From the human T2T-CHM13v2.0 reference genome, Homo sapiens, in assembly GCA_009914755.4 (NCBI GenBank), contig CP068257.2, positions 1,344,001 through 1,408,000 of the forward strand: 64,000 nucleotides of DNA, written 5' to 3'. Below are positions 29,200 to 44,700 of this stretch, piece by piece. Position numbers and translations under genes: made by a program. Below the pieces are notes generated by a model. It was not told where the DNA came from. It did not search any database and worked only from the letters and a program-made list of their open reading frames with translations. The first letter of the stretch is position 1. Each line of letters starts with the position of its first letter.

Positions 29200-32100
29200 G
29201 TACATAAAATATCAATGTACCCCAAATATATATTTTATACTCTACTTGAAATATCAAAGTTCACAAACCATACATTATATACTGTACATAAAATATCAAA
29301 GTACCCAAGGTATATATTCTATACTGTACAAAAAATATCAAAGAACCCAAAGCATGTATTATATACTGTACCTAAAATATGAAAGTACATCAAATATATA
29401 TTTTATTCTGTACATAAAATATCAAAGTACACCAGATATATATTCTATAGTGTACATAAAATATCAAAGTACCGAAACTATACATTATACACTGTACATA
29501 AAATATGAAATTACATCAAATATATATTAGGTACATTAAATATGAAAGTACATCAAATATAGATTATATACTGTACATAAAATATCAAAGTACCCCAAAT
29601 ATATATTGTATACTCTACATGAAATATCAAAGTTCACAAACTATATATTATATACTGTAAATACAATATCAAAGTACACAAGGTATATATTCTATACTGT
29701 ACAAAAAATATCAATGTACCCAAAGCATGTATTATATACTGTACATAAAATATGAAAGTACATCAAGTATATATTTTATTCTGTACATAAAATATCAAAG
29801 TACACCAGATATATATTCTATAGTGTACATAAAATATCAAAGTACCCAAACTATACATTATATACTGTACATAAAATATGAAATTACATCAAATATATAT
29901 TATATTAGGTACATAAAATATGAAAGCACATCAAATATAGATTATATACTGTACATTAAATACCAAAGTACCCCAAATATATATTTTATTCTGTACATCA
30001 AATATCAAAGTTCACAAACTATATATTATATACTGTACATAAAATATCAAAGTACCCATGGTATATATTCTACACTGTACAAAAAATATCAAAGTACCCA
30101 AAGCATGTATTATATACTGCATATAAAATATGAAAGTACATCACATATATTTTTTATTCTGTACATAAAATATCAAAGTACACCAGATATATATTCTATA
30201 GTGTACATAAAATAACAAAGTTCAAAAACTATAAATTATATACTGTACATAAAATATGAAATTACATCAAATATATATTAGGTACATAAAATATGAAAGT
30301 ACATCAAATATAGATTATATACTGTACATAAAATATCAATGTACCCCAAATATATATTTTATACTCTACATGAAATATGAAAGTTCACAAACCATATATT
30401 ATATACTGTACATAAAATATCAAAGTACCCAAGGTATATATATATTCTATACTGTACAAAAAATATCAAAGTACCCAAAGCATGTATTATATACTGTACA
30501 TAAAATATGAAAGTACATCAAATATATATTTTATTCTGTACATAAAATATAAAAGTACACCAGATATATATTCTATAGTGTACATAAAATATCAACGTAC
30601 CCAAACTATACATTATATACTGTACATAAAATATGAAATTACATCAAATATATATTATATTAGGTACATAAAATATGAAAGCACATCAAATATAGATTAT
30701 ATACTGTACTTTAAATACCAAAGTACCCCAAATATATATTTTATACTGTACATCAAATATCAAAGTTCACAAACTATATATTATATACTGTACATAAAAT
30801 ATCAAAGTACCCATGGTATATATTCTATGCTGTACAAAAAATATCAAAGTACCCAAAGCATGTATTATATACTCTACATAAAATATGAAAGTACATCAAA
30901 TATATATTTTATTCTGTACATAAAATATCAAAGTACACCAGATATATATTCTATAGTGTACATAAAATATAAAAGTACCCAAACTATACATTATATACTG
31001 TACATAAAATATGTAATTACATCAAAAATATATTATATTAGGTTCATAAAATATGAAAGTACATCAAATATAGATTATATACTGTACATAAAATATCAAA
31101 GTACCCCAAATATATATTATATACTCTACATGAAATATCAAAGTTCACAAAGTATATATTATATACTGTACATAAAATATCAAAGTACCCAAGGTATGTA
31201 TTCTACACTGTCCAAAAAATATCAAAGTATCCAAAGCATGTATTATATACTGTATATAAAATATGAAAGTACATCAAATATATATTTTATTCTGTACATA
31301 AAATATCAAAGTACACCAGATATATATTCTATAGTGTACATAAAATAACAATGTACACAAACTATAAATTATATACTGTACATAAAATATGAAATTACAT
31401 CAAATATATATTAGGTACATAAAATATGAAAGTACATCAAATATAGATTATATACTGTACATATAATATCAATGTACCCCAAATATATATTTTATACTCT
31501 ACATGAAATATCAAAGTTCACAAACCATACATTATATACTGTACATAAAATATCAAAGTACCCAAGGTATATATATATTCTATACTGTACAAAAAATATC
31601 AAAGTACCCAAAGCATGTGTTGTATACTGTACATAAAATATGAAAGTACATCAAATATATATTTTATTCTGTACATAAAATATCAAAGTACACCAGATAT
31701 ATATTCTATAGTTTACATAAAATATCAAAGTACCCAAACTATACATTATACACTGTACATAAAATATGAAATTACATCAAATATATATTAGGTACATAAA
31801 ATATGAAAGCACATCAAATATAGATTATATACTGTACATATAATATCAATGTACACCAAATATATATTTTATACTCTAAATTAAATATCAAAGTTCACAA
31901 ACCATACATTATATACTGTACATAAAATATCAAAGTACCCAAGGTATATATTCTATACTGTACAAAAAATATCAAAGTACCCAAAGCATGTATTATATAC
32001 TGTATATAAAATATGAAAGTACATTAAATATATATTTTATTCTGTTTATAAAATATCAAAGTACACCAGATATATATTCTATAGTGTACATAAAATAACA

Positions 32101-35100
32101 AAGTACACAAACTATAAATTATATACTGTACATAAAATATGAAATTACATCAAATATATACTAGGTACATAAAATATGAAAGTACATCAAATATAGATTA
32201 TATACTGTACATATAATATCAAAGTGCCCCAAATATGTATTTTATACTCTACATGAAATATCAAAGTTCACAAACCATACATTATATACTGTACATAAAA
32301 TATCAAAGTACCCAAGGTATATATTCTACACTGTACAAAAAATATCAAAGTACTCAAAGCATGTATTATATACTGTACATAAAATATGAAAGTACATCAA
32401 ATATATATTTTATTCTGTACATAAAATATCAAAGTACACCAGATATATATTCTATAGTGTACATAAAATATCAAAGTACCCAAACTATACATTATATACT
32501 GTACATAAAATATGAAATTACATCAAATATATATTAAGTACATAAAATATGAATGTACATCAAATATAGATTATATACTGTACATATAATATCAATGTAC
32601 CCCAAATATATATTTTATACTCTACATGAAATATCAAATTTCACAAACCATATATTATATACTGTACATAAATATCAAAGTACCCAAGGTATATATTCTA
32701 TACTGTACAAAAAATATCAAAGTACCCAAAGCATGTATTATATACTGTACATAAAATATGAAAGTACATCAAATATATATTTTATTCTGTACATAAAATA
32801 TCAAAGTACACCAGATATATATTCTATAGTGTACATAAAATATCAAAGTACTCAAACTATACATTATATACTGTACATAAAATATGAAATTACATCAAAT
32901 ATATATTAGGTACATAAAATATGAAAGTACATCAAATATAGATTATATACTGTACATAAAATATCAAAGTACCCCAAATATATATTATATACTCTACATG
33001 AAATATCAAAGTTCACAAACTATATATTATATACTGTAAATAAAATATCAAAGTACCCAAGGTATATATTCTATACTGTACAAAAAATATCAAAGTACCC
33101 AAAGCATGTATTATATACTGTATATAAAATATGAAAGTACATCAAATATATATTTTATTCTGTACTTAAAATATCAAAGTACACCAGATATATATTCTAT
33201 AGTGTAAATAAAATAACAAAGTACACAAACTATAAATTATATACTGTACATAAAATATGAAATTACATCAAATATATATTAGGTACATAAAATATGAAAG
33301 TACATCAAATATAGATTATATACTGTACATAAAATATCAATGTACCCCAAATATATATTTTATACTCTACATGAAATATCAAAGTTCACAAACCATATAT
33401 TATATACTGTACATAAAATATCAAAGTACTCAAGGTATATATTCTATACTGTACAAAAAATATCAAAGTACTCAAAGCATGTATTATATACTGTACATAA
33501 AATATGAAAGTACATCAAATATATATTTTATTCTGTACATAAAATATCAAAGTACACCAGATATATATTCTATAGTGTACATAAAATATCAAAGTACCCA
33601 AACTATACATTATACACTGTACATAAAATATGAAATTACATCAAATATATATTATATTAGGTACATAAAATATGAAAGCACATCAAATATAGATTATATA
33701 CTGTACATTAAATACCAAAGTACCCCAAATATATATTTTATACTGTACATCAAAATCAAAGTTCACAAACTATATATTATATACTGTACATAAAATATCA
33801 AAGTATCCATGGTATATATTCTATACTGTACAAAAAATATCAAAGTACCCAAAGCATGTATTATATACTGTACATAAAATATGAAAGTACATCAAATATA
33901 TATTTTATTCTGTACATAAAATATCAAAGTACACCAGATATATATTCTATAGTGTACATAAAATATCAAAGTACCCAAACTATACATTATATACTGTACA
34001 TAAAATATGAAATTACATCAAATATATATTATATTAGGTACATAAAATATGAAAGTACATCAAATATAGATTATATACTGTACATAAAATATCAAAGTAC
34101 CCCAAATATATATTATATACTCTACATGAAATATCAAAGTTCACAAACTATATATTATATACTGTACATAAAATATCAAAGTACCCAAGGTATATATTCT
34201 ATACTGTACAAAAAATATCAAAGTACCCAAAGCATGTATTATATACTGTATATAAAATATGAAAGTACATTAAATATATATTTTATTCTGTATATAAAAT
34301 ATCAAAGTACACCAGATATATATTCTATAGTGTACATAAAATAACAAAGTACACAAACTATAAATTATATACTGTACATAAAATATGAAATTACATCATA
34401 TATATACTAGGTACATAAAATATGAAAGTACATCAAATATAGATTATATACTGTGCATATAATATCAATGTACCCCAAATATATATTTTATACTCTACAT
34501 GAAATATCAAAATTCACAAACCATACATTATATACTGTACATAAAATATCAAAGTACCCAAGGTATATATTATACACTGTACAAAAAATATCAAAGTACC
34601 CAAAGCATGTATTATATACTGTACATAAAATATGAAAGTACATCAAATATATATTTTATTCTATACATAAAATATCAAAGTACACCAGATATATATTCTA
34701 TAGTGTACATAAAATATCAAAGTACCCAAACTATACATTATATACTGTACATAACATATGAAATTACATCAAATATATATTAAGTACATAAAATATGAAA
34801 GTACATCAAATATAGATTATATACTGTACATAAAATATCAATATACCCCAAATATATATTTTATACTCTACATGAAATATCAAATTTCACAAACCATATA
34901 TTATATACTGTACATAAATATCAAAGTACCCAAGGTATATATTCTATACTGTACAAAAAATATCAAAGTATCCAAAGCATGTATTATATACTGTATATAA
35001 AATATGAAAGTACATTAAATATATATTTTATTCTGTACATAAAATATCAAAGTACACCAGATATATATTCTATAGTGTACATAAAATAACAAAGTACACA

Positions 35101-38100
35101 AACTATAAATTATATACTGTACATAAAATATGAAATTACATCAAATATATATTAGGTACATAAAATATGAAAGTACATCAAATATAGATTATATACTGTA
35201 CATATAATATCAATGTACCCCAAATATGTATTTTATACTCTACATGAAATATCAAAGTTCACAAACCATACATTATATACTGTACATAAAATATCAAAGT
35301 ACCCAGGGTATATATTCTATACTGTACAAAAAATATCAAAGTACCCAAAGCATGTATTATATACTGTACATAAAATATGAAAGTATATCAAATATATATT
35401 TTATTCTGTACATGAAATATCAAAGTACACCAGATATATATTCTATAGTGTACATAAAATATCAAAGTACCCAAACTATACATTATACACTGTACATAAA
35501 ATATGAAATTACATCTAATATATATTAGGTACATTAAATATGAAAGTACATCAAATATAGATTATATACTGTACATAAAATATCAAAGTATCCCAAATAT
35601 ATATTATATACTCTACATGAAATATCAAAGTTCACAAACTATATATTATATACTGTAAATAAAATATCAAAGTACCCAAGGTATATATTCTATACTGTAC
35701 AAAAAATATCAAAGTACCCAAAGCATGTATTATATACTGTACATAAAATATGAAAGTACATCAAATATATATTTTATTCTGTACATAAAATATCAAAGTA
35801 CACCAGATATATATTCTATAGTGTACATAAAATAACAAAGTACACAAACTATAAATTATATACTGTACATAAAATATGAAATTACATCAAATATATATTA
35901 GGTACATAAAATATGAAAGTGCATCAAATATAGATTATATACTGTACATAAAATATCAATGTACCCCAAATATATATTTTATACTCTACATGAAATATCA
36001 AAGTTCACAAAACATATATTATATACTGTACATAAAATATCAAAGTACCCAAGGTATATATTCTATACTGTACAAAAAATATCAAAGTACACAAAGCATG
36101 TATTATATACTGTACATAAAATATGAAAGTACATCAAATATATATTTTATTCTGTACATAAAATATCAAAGTACACCAGATATATATTCTATAGTGTACA
36201 TAAAATATCAAAGTACCCAAACTATACATTATACACTGTACATAAAATATGAAATTACATCAAATATATATTATATTAGGTACATAAAATATGAAAGCAC
36301 ATCAAATATAGATTATATACTGAACATTAAATACCAAAGTACCCCAAATATATATTTTATACTGTACATCAAATATCAAAGTTCACAAACTATATATTAT
36401 ATACTCTACATAAAATATCAAAGTACCCATGGTATATATTCTATACTGTACAAAAAATATCAAAGTACCCAAAGCATGTATTATATACTGTACATAAAAT
36501 ATGAAAGTACATCAAATATATATTTTATTCTGTATATAAAATATCAAAGTACACCAGATATATATTCTATAGTGTACATAAAATATCAAAGTACCCAAAC
36601 TATACATTATATACTGTACATAAAATATGAAATTACATCAAATATATATTATATTAGGTACATAAAATATGAAAGTACATCAAATATAGATTATATACTG
36701 TACATAAAACATCAAAGTACCCCAAATATATATTATATACTCTACATGAAATATCAAAGTTCACAAACTATATATTATATACTGTACATAAAATATCAAA
36801 GTACCCAAGGTATATATTCTATACTGTACAAAAAATATCAAAGTACCCAAAGCATGTATTATACACTGTACATAAAATATGAAAGTACATCAAATATATA
36901 TTTTATTCTGTACATAAAATATCAAAGTATACCAGATATATATTCTATAGTGTACATAAAATAACAAAGTACACAAACTATAAATTATATACTGTACATA
37001 AAATATGCAATTACATCAAATATATTTTAGGTACATAAAATATGAAAGTACATCAAATATAGATTATATACTGTACATATAATATCAATGTACCCCAAAT
37101 ATATATTTTATACTCTACATGAAATATCAAAGTTCACAAACCATACATTATATACTGTACATAAAATATCAAAGTACCCAAGGTATGTATTCTATACTGT
37201 ACAAAAAATATCAAAGTACCCAAACCATGTATTATATACTGTACATAAAATATGAAAGTACATCAAATATATATTTTATTCTGTACATAAAATATCAAAG
37301 TACACCAGATATATATTCTATAGTGTACATAAAATATCAAAGTACCCAAACTTTACATTATACACTGTACATAAAATATGAAATTACATCAAATATATAT
37401 TAGGTACATTAAATATGAAAGTACATCAAATATAGATTATATACTGTACATAAAATATCAAAGTACCCCAAATATATATTATATACTCTACATGAAATGT
37501 CAAAGTTCACAAACTATATATTATATACTGTAAATAAAATATCAAAGTACCCAAGGTATATATTCTATACTGTACAAAAAATATCAAAGTACCCAAAGCA
37601 TGTATTATATACTGTACATAAAATATGAAAGTACATCAAATATATATTTTGTTCTGTACATAAAATATCAAAGTACACCAGATATATATTCTATAGTGTA
37701 CATAAAATAACAAAGTACACAAACTATAAATTATATACTGTACATAAAATATGAAATTACATCAAATATATACTAGGTACATAAAATATGAAAGTGCATC
37801 AAATATAGATTATATACTGTACATAAAATATCAATGTATCCCAAATATATATTTTATACTCTACATGAAATATCAAAGTTCACAAACCATATATTATATA
37901 CTGTACATAAAATATCAAAGTACCCAAGGTATATATTCTATACTATACAAAAAATATCAAAGTACCCAAAGCATGTATTATATACTGTACCTAAAATATG
38001 AAAGTACATCAAATATATATTTTATTCCGTACATAAAATATCAAAGTACACCAGATATATATTCTACAGTGTACATAAAATATCAAAGTACCCAAACTAT

Positions 38101-41100
38101 ACATTATATACTGTAAATAAAATATGAAATTACATCAAATATATATTATATTAGGTACATAAAATATGAAAGTACATCAAATATAGATTATATACTGTAC
38201 ATTAAATACCAAAGTACCCCAAATATATATTTTATACTGTACATGAAATATCAAAGTTCACAAACTATATATTATATACTGTACATAAATTATCAAAGTA
38301 CCCAAGGTATATATTCTATACTGTACAAAAAATATGAAAGTACCCAAAGCATGTATTATATACTGTACATAAAATATGAAAGTACATCAAATATATATTT
38401 TATTCTGTACATAATATATCAAAGTACACCAGATATATATTCTATAGTGTACATAAAATAACAAAGTACACAAACTATAAATTATATACTGTACATAAAA
38501 TATGAAATTACATCAAATATATATTAGGTACATAAAATATGAAAGTACATCAAATATAGATTATATACTGTACATAAAATATCAATGTACCCCAAATATA
38601 TATTTTATACTATACATGAAATATCAAAGTTCACAAACCATATATTGTATACTGTACATAAAATATCAAAGTACCCAAGGTATATGTTCTATACTATACA
38701 AAAAATATCAAAGTACCCAAAGCATGTATTATATACTGTACATAAAATATGAAAGTACATCAAATATATATTTTATTCCGTACATAAAATATCAAAGTAT
38801 AACAGATATATATTCTATAGTGTACATAAAATATCAAAGTACACAAACTATACATTATATACTGTACATAAAATATGAAATTACATCAAATATATATTAT
38901 ATAAGGTACATAAAATATGAAAGTACATCAAATATAGATTATATACTGTACATTAAATACCAAAGAACCCCAAATATATATTATATACTCTACATGAAAT
39001 ATCAAAGTCCACAAACTATATATTATATACTGTACATAAAATATCAAAGTACCCAAGGTATATATTCTATACTGTACAAAAAATATCAAAGTAACCAAAG
39101 CATGTATTATATACTGTATATAAAATATGAAAGTACATCAAATATATATTTTATTCTGTACATAAAATATCAAAGTACACCAGATATCTATTCTATAGTG
39201 TACATAAAATAACAAAGTACAAAAACTATAAATTATATACTGTACAAAAAATATGAAATTACATCAAATATATATTAGGTACATAAAATATGAAAGTACA
39301 TCAAATATAGATTATATACTGTACATAAAATATCAATGTACCCCAAATATATATTTTATACTCGACATGAAATATCAAAGTTCACAAACCATATAATATA
39401 TACTGTACATAAAATATCAAAGTACCCAAGGTATATATTCTATACTGTACAAAAAATATGAAAGTACCCAAAGCATGTATTATATACTGTACATAAAATA
39501 TGAAAGTACATCAAATATATATTTTATTCTGTACATAAAATATCAAAGTAAACCAGATATATATTCTATAGTGTACATAAAATATCAAAGTACCCAAACT
39601 ATACATTATATACTGTACATAAAATATGAAATTACATCAAATATATATTATATTAGGTACATAAAATATGAAAGTACATCAAATATAGATTATATACTGT
39701 ACATAAAATATCAATGTACCCCAAATATATATTTTATACTCTACATGAAATACCAAAGTTCACAAACCATATATTATATACTGTACATAAAATATCAAAG
39801 TACCCAAGGTATATATTCTATACTGTACAAAAAATATCAAAGTACCCAAAGCATGTATTATATACTGTACATAAAATATGAAAGTACATCAAATATATAT
39901 TTTATTCTGTACATAAAATATCAAAATACACCAGATATATATTCTATAGTGTACATAAAATATCAAAGTACCCAAACTTTACATTATATACTGTACATAA
40001 AATATGAAATTACATCAAATATATATTATATTAGGTACATAAAATATGAAAGTACATCAAATATAGATTATATACTGTACATTAAATACCAAAGTACCCC
40101 AAATATATATTTTATACTGTACATGAAATATCAAAGTTCACAAACTATATATTATATACTGTACATAAAATATCAAAGTACCCAAGGTATATATTCTATA
40201 CTGTACAAAAAATATCAAAGTACCCAAAGCATGTATTATATACTGTACCTAAAATATGAAAGTACATCAAATATATATTTTATTCTATACATAAAATATC
40301 AAAGTACACCAGATATATATTCTATAGTGTACATAAAATATCAAAGTACCCAAACTATACATTATATACTGTACATAAAATATGAAATTACATCAAATAT
40401 ATATTATATTAGGTACATAAAATATGAAAGTACATCAAATATAGATTATACACTGTACATAAAATATCAAAGTACCCAAAATATATATTATATACTCTAC
40501 ATGAAATATCAAAGTTCACAAACAGTATATTATATACTGTACATAAAATAAAGTCCCCAAGGTATATATTCTATACTGTAGAAAAAATATCAAAGTACCC
40601 AAAGCATGTATTATATACTGTATATAAAATATGAAAGTACATCAAATATATATTTTATTCTGTACATAATATATCAAAGTACACCAGATATATATTCTAT
40701 AGTGTACATAAAATAACAAAGTACAAAAACTATAAATTATATACTGTACATAAAATATGAAATTACATCAAATATATATTAGGTACATAAAATATGAAAG
40801 TACATCAAATATAGATTATATACTGTACATAAAATTTCAATGTACCCCAAATATATATTTTATACTCTACATGAAATACCAAAGTTCACAAACCATATAT
40901 TATATACTGTACATATAATATCAAAGTACCCAAGGTATATATTCTATACTATACAAAAAATATCAAAGTACCCAAAGCATGTATTATATACTGTACCTAA
41001 AATATGAAAGTACATCAAATATATATTTTATTCTGTACATAAAATATCAAAGTACACCAGATATATATTCTATAGTGTACACAAAATATCAAAGTACCCA

Positions 41101-41496
41101 AACTATACATTATATACAGTACATAAAATATGAAATTACATCAAATATATTTTATATTAGGTACATAAAATATGAAAGTACATCAAATATAGATTATACA
41201 CTGTACATTAAATACCAAAGTACCCCAAATATATATTTTATACTGTACATGAAATATCAAACTTCACAAATTATATATTATATAGTGTACATATAATATC
41301 AAAGTACCCAAGGTATATATTCTATACTGTACAAAAAATAACAAAGTACCAAAAGCATCTATAATATACTGTACATAAAATATGAAAGTACATCAAATAT
41401 ATATTTTATTCTGTACATAAAATATCAAAGTACACCAGTTATATATTCTATAGTGTACATAAAATATCAAAGTACCCAAACTATACATTATATACT

Positions 41497-41747
41497 GTAA
41501 ATAAAATATGAAATTACATCAAATATATTTTATATTAGGTACATAAAATATGAAAGTACATCAAATATAGATTATATACTGTACATTAAATACCAAAGTA
41601 CCCCAAATATATATTATATACTGCACATGAAATATCAAAGTTCACAACCATATATTATATACTATACATAAAATATCAAAGTACCCAAGGTATATATTCT
41701 ATACTGTACAAAAAATATCAAAGTACCCAAAGCATGTATTATATACT
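41497..41747 (+). repeat. Truncated 6-monomer HOR (A-B-C-D-E-F, 251 bp)
   Basis: Counted directly: C 41581-41622, D-prime 41623-41663 (41 bp), E 41664-41705, F 41706-41747, next A at 41748. G, H and I are absent. The same arrangement recurs near 45.45-45.69, 57.48-57.72, 61.42-61.67 and 62.30-62.55 kb. Confidence 0.8.
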
Positions 41748-44700
41748 GTACATAAAATATGAAATTACATCAAATATATATTATATTAGGTACATAAAAT
41801 ATGAAAGTACATCAAATATAGATTATATACTGTACATAAAATATCAAAGTACCCCAAATATATATTATATACTGTACATGAAATATCAAAGTTCACAACT
41901 ATATATTACATACTGTACTTAAAATATCAAAGTACCCAATTTATATATTCTATACTGTACAAAAAATATCAAAGTACCCAAAGCATGTATTATATACTGT
42001 ACATAAAATATGAAAGTACATCAAATATATATTTTATTCTGTACATAAAATATCAAAGTACAGAAGGTATATATTCTATAGTGTATATAAAATATCAAAG
42101 TACCCAAAATATACATTATATACTGTACATAAAATATGAAATTACATCAAATATGTATTATATTAGGTACATAAAATATGAAAGTACATGAAATATAGAT
42201 TATATACTGTACATAAAATATCAAAGTACCCCAAATTTATATTATATACTATACATGAAATATCAAAGTTCACAAACTATATATTATATACTGTACATAA
42301 AATATCAAAGTACCCAAGGTATATATTCTATAGTGTACAAAAAATATCAAATTACCCAAAGCATGTATTATATACTGTACATAAAATATAAAATTACATC
42401 AAATAAATATTTTATTCTGTACATAAAATATCAAAGTACACCAGATATATATACTATAGTGTACATAAAATATCAAAGTACCCAAACTATACATTATACA
42501 CTGTACATATAATATGAAATTACATCAAATATATATTAGGTACATAAAATATGAAAGTACATCAAATATAGATTATATACTGTACATATAATATCAATGT
42601 ACCCCAAATATATATTTTATACTCTACATGAAATATCAAAGTTTACAAACCATATATTATATACTGTACATAAAATATCAAAGTACCCAAGGTATATATT
42701 CTATACTATACAAAACATATCAAAGTACCCAAAGCATTTATTATATACTGTACATAAAATATGAAACTACATCAAATATATATTTTATTCTGTACATAAA
42801 ATATCAAAGTACACCAGATATATATTCTATAGTGTACATAAAATATCAAAGTACCCAAACTATACATTATATACTGTACATAAAATATGAAATTACATCA
42901 AATATATTTTATATTAGGTACATAAAATATGAAAGTACATCAAATATAGATTATATACTGTACATTAAATACCAAAGTACCCCAAATATATATTTTATAC
43001 TGTACATGAAATATCAAAGTTCACACACTATATATTATATACTGTACATAAAATATCAAAGTACCCAAGGTATATATTCTATACTGTACAAAAAATATCA
43101 AAGTACCCAAAGCATGTATTATATACTGTACATAAAATATGAAAGTACATCAAATATATATTTTATTCTGTACATAAAATATGAAAGTACACCAGATATA
43201 TATTCTATAGTGTACACAAAATAACAAAGTACACAAACTATAAATTATATACTGTACATAAAATATGAAATTACATCAAATATATATTAGGTACATAAAA
43301 TATGAAAGTACATCACATATAGATTATATACTGAACACATAATATCAATGTACCCCAAATATATATTTTATACTCTACATGAAATATCAAAGTTCAGAAA
43401 CCATACATTATATACTGTACATAAAATATCAAAGTACCCAAGGTATATATTCTATACTGTACAAAAAATATCAAAGTACCCAAGGCATGTATTATATACT
43501 GTACATAAAATATGAAAGTACATCAAATATATATTTTATTCTGTACATAAAATATCAAAGTACACCAGATATATATTCTATAGTGTACATAAAATATCAA
43601 AGTACCCAAACTATACATTATATACTGTACATAAAATATGAAATTACATCAAATATATATTAGGTACATAAAATATGAAAGTACATCAAATATAGATTAT
43701 ATACTGTACATAAAATATCAAAGTACCCCAAATATATATTATATACTCTACATGAAATATCAAAGTTCACAAACTATATATTATATACTGTACATAAAAT
43801 ATCAAAGTACCCAAGGTATATATTCTATACTGTGCGAAAAATATCAAAGTACCCAAAGCATGTATTATATACTGTATATAAAATATGAAAATACATCAAA
43901 TATATATTTTATTCTGTACATAAAATATCAAAGTACACCAGATATATATTCTATAGTGTACATAAAATAACAAAGTACACAAACTATAAATTATATACTG
44001 TACATAAAATATGAAATTACATCAAATATATATTAGGTACATAAAATATGAAAGTACATCAAATATAGATTATATACTGTACATATAATATCAATGTACC
44101 CCAAAAATATATTTTATACTCTACATGAAATATCAAAGTTCACAAACCATACATTATATACTGTACATAAAATATCAAAGTACCCAAGGTATATATTCTA
44201 TACTGTACAAAAAATATCAAAGTACCCAAAGCATGTATTATATACTGTACATAAAATATGAAAGTACATCAAATATATATTTTATTCTGTACATAAAATA
44301 TCAAAGTACACCAGATATATATTCTATAGTGTACATAAAGTAACAAAGTACACAAACTATACATTATATACTGTACATAAAATATGAAATTACATCAAAT
44401 ATATATTAGGTACATAAAATATGAAAGTACATCAAATATAGATTATATACTGTACATAAAATATCAATGTACCCCAAATATATATTTTATACTCTACATG
44501 AAATATGAAAGTTCACAAACCATATATTATATACTGTACATAAAATATCAAAGTACCCAATGTATATATTCTATACTATACAAAAAATATCAAAGTACCC
44601 AAAGCATGTATTATATACTGTACATAAAATATGAAAGTACATCAAATATATATCTTATTCTGTACATAAAATATCAAAGTACCCAAACTATACATTATAT

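Noticed and set aside
31348-32235. ORF-free gaps (31348-32235, 40551-40979, 44740-45202, 56373-56862) as possible insertions of foreign or non-satellite DNA.
   Set aside because: Read directly, these stretches are ordinary HOR copies carrying extra point mutations and small indels that introduce stops in the usually open frame. Examples are gcatgtgttgtatactg at about 31614, ctctaaattaaatatcaaag at about 31870, and ttttctactctacatg at about 56465.
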